A stretch of 64,000 nt of DNA from Bacteroidales bacterium (GTDB taxonomy: Bacteria; Bacteroidota; Bacteroidia; Bacteroidales; WCHB1-69), in assembly GCA_016285085.1 (NCBI GenBank), contig JAEEQA010000006.1, forward strand, positions 3,412 to 67,411, written 5' to 3'. The stretch's first letter is position 1. Each line of letters begins with the position of its first letter. This document shows, one piece after another, positions 60,119 through 64,000 of the stretch. The position numbers and the translations under genes are program-made. The notes under the pieces are model-generated. The model was given only the letters and a program-made list of their open reading frames with translations, did not search any database and was not told the origin of the DNA.

Positions 60119-60727
60119 CTATTTTTGATATTCGGGGTCGCCGGGCTTGAGCCACTCGGGCCAAGCGTACGGCTTGCGGTCTTCGAGGTTGAACTGGCCA
60201 CGGTTGTAGCCGTACATCCCGTAATAGTTCTTTTCGAGTTCAGCAAGGTCCTTTTCGTAGTCGCCGGTGGGGTAGAAAGCGGGCAGCACGCCGCCCTTGC
60301 GGGTGCGGAAGTCGAGGTAGCCGGGCACGATGGGTACGCCGGCTTCCATGGCGATGAAGTAGAACCCTTTCTTCCATGTGGGGTTGAGTTTGCGGGTTCC
60401 TTCCGGCGCGATGAGGAACGCCACCCTGTCCTGCTTCTTGATGAAGTCGGCGGCGAAGATGGGGAACTTCTTGACATGCTGGCGGTCGATGGGCATCCCG
60501 CCGCATTTGCGCAAAATCGGGCCGAGCGGCCAGAAGAAAGCCTCCTTCTTGATGAGGAGCGTCGCCTTGAAGCCCATCACATTGATGCACATTGCCCCGA
60601 TGACAAAGTCAATGTAGCTGGTGTGCGGCGCGAACAACAGAACGCACTTTTCGATTTCGGGAGGAATGTTCACGCAGTCGGGCGTGATTCTTAACAGTTT
60701 TAAAATGAACTTGTTGAACTTTTTCAT
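60119..60727 (-). CDS. PlsC-family 1-acyl-sn-glycerol-3-phosphate acyltransferase-like protein
   Basis: The HX4D motif is APHTSYIDF and the downstream motif is IAPEGTR. The ATG at 60727 (MKKFNKF) is preferred. Confidence 0.75.
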   Translation of the reverse strand: MKKFNKFILKLLRITPDCVNIPPEIEKCVLLFAPHTSYIDFVIGAMCINVMGFKATLLIKKEAFFWPLGPILRKCGGMPIDRQHVKKFPIFAADFIKKQDRVAFLIAPEGTRKLNPTWKKGFYFIAMEAGVPIVPGYLDFRTRKGGVLPAFYPTGDYEKDLAELEKNYYGMYGYNRGQFNLEDRKPYAWPEWLKPGDPEYQK

Positions 60728-60760
60728 AAAAGACACTAACGTCAGATTTTGCAAAATAGT

Positions 60761-61621
60761 TTACACAAGGCTCCGAATCAGTTGCTCTTCGTCGCCGGGC
60801 AGCAGGTAGATGGGCGGGATTTCGATGAGGGTGTAGGCGCCGAAACGCTGCTCATTGCGCAGGCGCACGGCGGCGCGGGCGCAGGCGGCCAGCACCTGTC
60901 CTGTGAGGGCGGGGTTGTTGATTTCCATGTTGAACTCGAACCGCTGGTTGTGCGTGTCGCCGCTCACCCCGTGGCGGATGAGGTTCACGCCGTGCGCCAC
61001 GTTGTTGAGGGCTTCCACGGAAGGCACCTGCTGCACATGGGTCTCGTCGTGCCGGAAGTAGTCGTCGTTGAGGATGGCTTTCTCCACGGTGGCGAAGTCG
61101 GCGCCGTCGGCCAGCTCCACGTACACCATGCGGCGGTGGATGCCCGTCCCGAGCGGGATGGTCATCGACAGGGCGTCCTTCACACCGGCGATGGCCTTCA
61201 CCGCCACGGTGTGTCCCATGCTGCGGCCGGGACCGAAGTTGGTGTAAGTGAGGCCGTTGGGAGCCATCGCCAGCAGCAGGGTGCGGACGACGGAATCGGT
61301 GCCGGGATCCCAACCGGCGGCAATGATGCTGACGGCGCTGTGGTTGCGTGCCTCCGGCATCAGCTTCTTGCGGAGGTCGAATATCTGCCCGTGGATGTCG
61401 AAACTGTCAACGGTGGAGATGCCGCGGGCGAGCAGCTTCTCGGCAAAGTCAGGGACCTGGCGGGTGGGGGTGCACAGGGCGGCCACGTCGGCCTCCACTG
61501 CGTCAAGGTTGTCGTTATGGTGGAAAATGCCCGCCAATTCAAGGTCTTCGGAGGCCAGCACAGCCTGTTCCACGGCCCGTCCGATGTTGCCGTAGCCGAT
61601 AATTGCAATTCTTGTTTTCAT
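60761..61621 (-). CDS. ddh: meso-diaminopimelate D-dehydrogenase
   Basis: MKTRIAIIGYGNIGR ... LCTPTR ... STVDSFDIH ... AAGWDPG.DS..R ... TNFGPG.SMGHTVAVKAI.GVK.ALSMTIP.GTGIHRRMVYVEL. The start at 61621 is chosen because the promoter box overlaps the longer ORF. Confidence 0.88.
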   Translation of the reverse strand: MKTRIAIIGYGNIGRAVEQAVLASEDLELAGIFHHNDNLDAVEADVAALCTPTRQVPDFAEKLLARGISTVDSFDIHGQIFDLRKKLMPEARNHSAVSIIAAGWDPGTDSVVRTLLLAMAPNGLTYTNFGPGRSMGHTVAVKAIAGVKDALSMTIPLGTGIHRRMVYVELADGADFATVEKAILNDDYFRHDETHVQQVPSVEALNNVAHGVNLIRHGVSGDTHNQRFEFNMEINNPALTGQVLAACARAAVRLRNEQRFGAYTLIEIPPIYLLPGDEEQLIRSLV

Positions 61622-61648
61622 TCTATTGGGGATTGAAAAATTAAGGTG

Positions 61649-61656
61649 CAAAGGTA
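61649..61656 (-). promoter_or_regulatory. Bacteroidota -7 promoter box (TACCTTTG on the minus strand) for the ddh block
   Basis: CAAAGGTA on the plus strand lies 28 nt upstream of the start at 61621. Confidence 0.45.
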
Positions 61657-61763
61657 CGTTTTTTTACATTGACTTATACAGAAAAAAATCAACGTTTTCG
61701 ACATAGTCTGCAGGGAGTGCAAAATCCCCATTTTTAGGTATTACTTTGTTCGGAGAAAGCCTC

Positions 61764-61771
61764 TATTTTTG
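61764..61771 (+). promoter_or_regulatory. Bacteroidota -7 promoter box (TATTTTTG) for feoAB
   Basis: CTCTATTTTTGCAAA lies 26 nt upstream of the ATG at 61798. Confidence 0.45.
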
Positions 61772-61797
61772 CAAATTGATTTTTTCTGCGCAAAAAT

Positions 61798-64000
61798 ATG
61801 CTACTATCTGAGCTACAGACTGGTGAGGAAGGCGTAGTTGTCCGCGTAGCGGGTCATGGAGCCTTCCGGAAACGCATCATCGAGATGGGTTTCATCAAAG
61901 GGATCAAGGTGGAGGCCGTGCTCAACGCCCCGCTCAACGACCCCATCAAGTACCGCATCATGAACTTCGAGGTGTCACTGCGCCGCAGCGATGCCGAAAA
62001 GGTGGAGATCGTCACCGTGGAGGAGGCCGAAAAGGAGATTGTCCACCACGACGACTTCACGGGCATCGAAGAGCCCGACTGCGCCCTGCGCCACATTGCC
62101 GAGCACCGCGCCAAAACCATCAACGTGGCCCTCGTCGGGAATCCCAACTGCGGGAAAACCAGCATCTTCAACATCGCCGCCCACGCCCACGAGCACGTCG
62201 GCAACTACAGCGGCGTCACCGTCGATGAGAAGGTCGGCACCTTTGAGTTCGGCGGCTACACCTTCCACCTCGTGGACCTGCCCGGCACCTACTCCCTCAG
62301 CGCCTACTCCCCCGAAGAACTGTACGTCCGCAAGCATATCATCGAGAAAAACCCCGACATCATCCTCAACGTGGTGGACGGCAGCAACCTCGAGCGCAAC
62401 CTCTACCTCACCACCCAGCTCATCGACATGGACCTCACGATGGTGATGGCCCTCAACATGTTCGACGAGCTCCAGAAGAGCGGCGACCAGCTCGACATCG
62501 ACCAGCTCAGCACCCTCCTCGGCATGCCGATCGTGCCGACCACCGGGCGCAGCGGCGACGGCATCGACCAGCTGTTCAACAAGATCATCGAGGTTTTTGA
62601 AGGCCGCGACACCAAGACGAGGCACCTGCACGTGAACCACGGCAGCGAGGTGGAGACCTGCATCACCACCCTCCGCACCGAACTCTACGAGCACGGCTTC
62701 AGTGACACCCTCTCCACCCGTTTCCTCGCCATCAAACTGTTGGAAAACGACAAACAGCTGGAGCAGTACGTCACCGACCGCGACCCCGACGGCAGCGTCC
62801 TCCAGATGCGCGACCGGATCGCCGTGGATTTCCACCGCGCCAACGGACACGCCTCGCAGGAAGCAGCAGACGACAAAAAAGACACCGACATCGGCCGCCA
62901 GGACATCGAGGGCGCCATCACCGACGCGAAGTACGCCTTCGTGCGCGGCGCACTCGCCGAATGCTACGTCAAGAACGAGAAAAGCACCCTACACGCCCAC
63001 ACCGACAAGATTGACGCCATCGTCACACACCGCTGGTTCGGATACCCCATCTTCCTCGTGCTGATGTTCCTCACCTTCTTCTGCACCTTCGCCATCGGCC
63101 AGTACCCGATGGACTGGATCGACGCATTGTTCGCGTGGTTCGGCGACCTCGTCGGCAACGCCATGCCCGAAGGCCCGCTGCGCAGCCTCCTCGTGGACGG
63201 CATCATCACCGGCATCGGCTCCGTCATCGTTTTCCTGCCTAACATCCTCATTCTCTATCTGTTCATATCCATAATGGAAGACAGCGGCTACATGGCGCGC
63301 ACCGCGTTCATCATGGACAAGATGATGCACCGGATGGGACTGCACGGCAAGAGCTTCATCCCGATGATCATGGGCTTCGGATGCAACGTGCCCGCCATCA
63401 TGGCCACCCGCACCATCGAAGACCGCAAGAGCCGCCTGCTCACGATGCTGGTCATCCCGATGATGAGCTGTTCGGCAAGAATACCTGTGTATGTGATACT
63501 TGTGAGTGCCTTTTTCAGCCAGTACGCCGCCTTCGTACTGATGGGACTATACCTCTTGGGCGTGATTATGGCCGTATTAATGGCCAAGCTGTTCAGCCGT
63601 TTCCTCGTCAAGGGCGAAAGCCTCCCGTTTGTTATGGAGCTCCCCCCCTACCGCATGCCCACGGCGAAGGCGGTACTGCGCCACACGTGGGGAAAGGGAA
63701 AGGAGTACCTCAAGAAGATGGGCACCATCATTCTCGGCGCCTCCATCGTGGTGTGGGCGCTGAGCTACTATCCTCAGAATGAAAACCGCATCACACAGGC
63801 GGAAAACTCCTATATGGCACAAATCGGAAAAACTATCGAGCCGGTGATGCGCCCGTGCGGTTTCGACTGGCGGCAGAGCGTGTCGCTGCTGGCCGGTATC
63901 GGAGCCAAAGAGGTGGTTGCCAGCACCATGGCGGTGGTTTACGCCACCACCGACGAAGAGGCGGAATTGCTGGAAAGCGATGTGGAAAGCGAGGAAAGCG
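61798..64000 (+). CDS. feoB: Ferrous iron transporter FeoA-FeoB fusion, 3'-truncated by the window edge (absent from the supplied ORF track)
   Basis: My own translation from the ATG at 61798 begins with the FeoA part, MLLSELQTGEEGVVVRVAGHGAFRKRIIEMGFIKGIKVEAV. The FeoB G-domain follows: INVALVGNPNCGKTSIFN ... VDLPGTYSL. The frame stays open to nt 64000. Confidence 0.9.
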   Translation, partial: MLLSELQTGEEGVVVRVAGHGAFRKRIIEMGFIKGIKVEAVLNAPLNDPIKYRIMNFEVSLRRSDAEKVEIVTVEEAEKEIVHHDDFTGIEEPDCALRHIAEHRAKTINVALVGNPNCGKTSIFNIAAHAHEHVGNYSGVTVDEKVGTFEFGGYTFHLVDLPGTYSLSAYSPEELYVRKHIIEKNPDIILNVVDGSNLERNLYLTTQLIDMDLTMVMALNMFDELQKSGDQLDIDQLSTLLGMPIVPTTGRSGDGIDQLFNKIIEVFEGRDTKTRHLHVNHGSEVETCITTLRTELYEHGFSDTLSTRFLAIKLLENDKQLEQYVTDRDPDGSVLQMRDRIAVDFHRANGHASQEAADDKKDTDIGRQDIEGAITDAKYAFVRGALAECYVKNEKSTLHAHTDKIDAIVTHRWFGYPIFLVLMFLTFFCTFAIGQYPMDWIDALFAWFGDLVGNAMPEGPLRSLLVDGIITGIGSVIVFLPNILILYLFISIMEDSGYMARTAFIMDKMMHRMGLHGKSFIPMIMGFGCNVPAIMATRTIEDRKSRLLTMLVIPMMSCSARIPVYVILVSAFFSQYAAFVLMGLYLLGVIMAVLMAKLFSRFLVKGESLPFVMELPPYRMPTAKAVLRHTWGKGKEYLKKMGTIILGASIVVWALSYYPQNENRITQAENSYMAQIGKTIEPVMRPCGFDWRQSVSLLAGIGAKEVVASTMAVVYATTDEEAELLESDVESEES

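Noticed and set aside
54910-62850. Other long antisense ORFs: 54910-56313 (-), 59078-60694 (+), 60749-61636 (+) and 61975-62850 (-).
   Set aside because: They are shadows of pgm, MORN/PlsC, ddh and feoB respectively, and the opposite strands encode unmistakable conserved proteins.

Overview
This is a 64 kb chromosomal segment that looks like Bacteroidota (Bacteroidales-like). All functional calls come from reading the translations and the DNA by eye; no search was run.

Evidence for the phylum:
- Two T9SS-type C-terminal sorting domains.
- TAnnTTTG -7 promoter boxes 20-60 nt upstream of about 15 start codons.
- A DEGMW S46 dipeptidyl-peptidase, a MurF-Alr fusion, a FeoA-FeoB fusion and a meso-DAP dehydrogenase.

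Gene content, left to right:
- A 5'-truncated FISUMP-domain gene and a 2,485-aa modular T9SS-tagged protein.
- menA-ubiE on the minus strand.
- A 13-gene ribosomal-protein block, rplV to rpsE, with its own promoter and terminator. The usual upstream and downstream partners are missing.
- A minus-strand operon: double-ATPase CoA-enzyme activase, DUF2229-type partner and TetR.
- A lone RhuM-like gene.
- A 1,007-aa protein with two FISUMP domains.
- Butyrate-type genes (CoA-transferase B subunit, crotonase, 3-hydroxybutyryl-CoA dehydrogenase) and a DUF362/ferredoxin protein.
- recF, then acpP-fabF-rnc.
- A 56-aa ferredoxin that is absent from the ORF track.
- A tight minus-strand operon: tsaC, flippase-like gene, S46 peptidase, acyltransferase, lplA.
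- secA, murF-alr, an Omp85-like barrel, a DUF819 protein, a CrtI-like oxidoreductase, a TonB-dependent receptor, a C1 peptidase and a phosphohexomutase.
- A U32 / MORN / PlsC-like / ddh block.
- A 3'-truncated feoAB, also absent from the ORF track.

No rRNA, tRNA, CRISPR array, transposase, integrase or recognisable defence operon was found.

The most unusual things I can support:
1. A family of 28-nt GTAG...CTAC palindromes. Two copies sit in frame inside a coding region, next to a T9SS-CTD-like domain placed near the N-terminus of its protein.
2. A 50-bp element present twice. One copy sits exactly at the junction of the activase and DUF2229 genes, which share a reading frame, and it supplies the activase stop codon.
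3. Heptad-periodic tracts lacking G or C, including a canonical G-quadruplex motif between two cistrons.
4. The uncharacterised activase/DUF2229/TetR module.
5. The excised-looking ribosomal gene block.
6. The giant eight-module surface protein.
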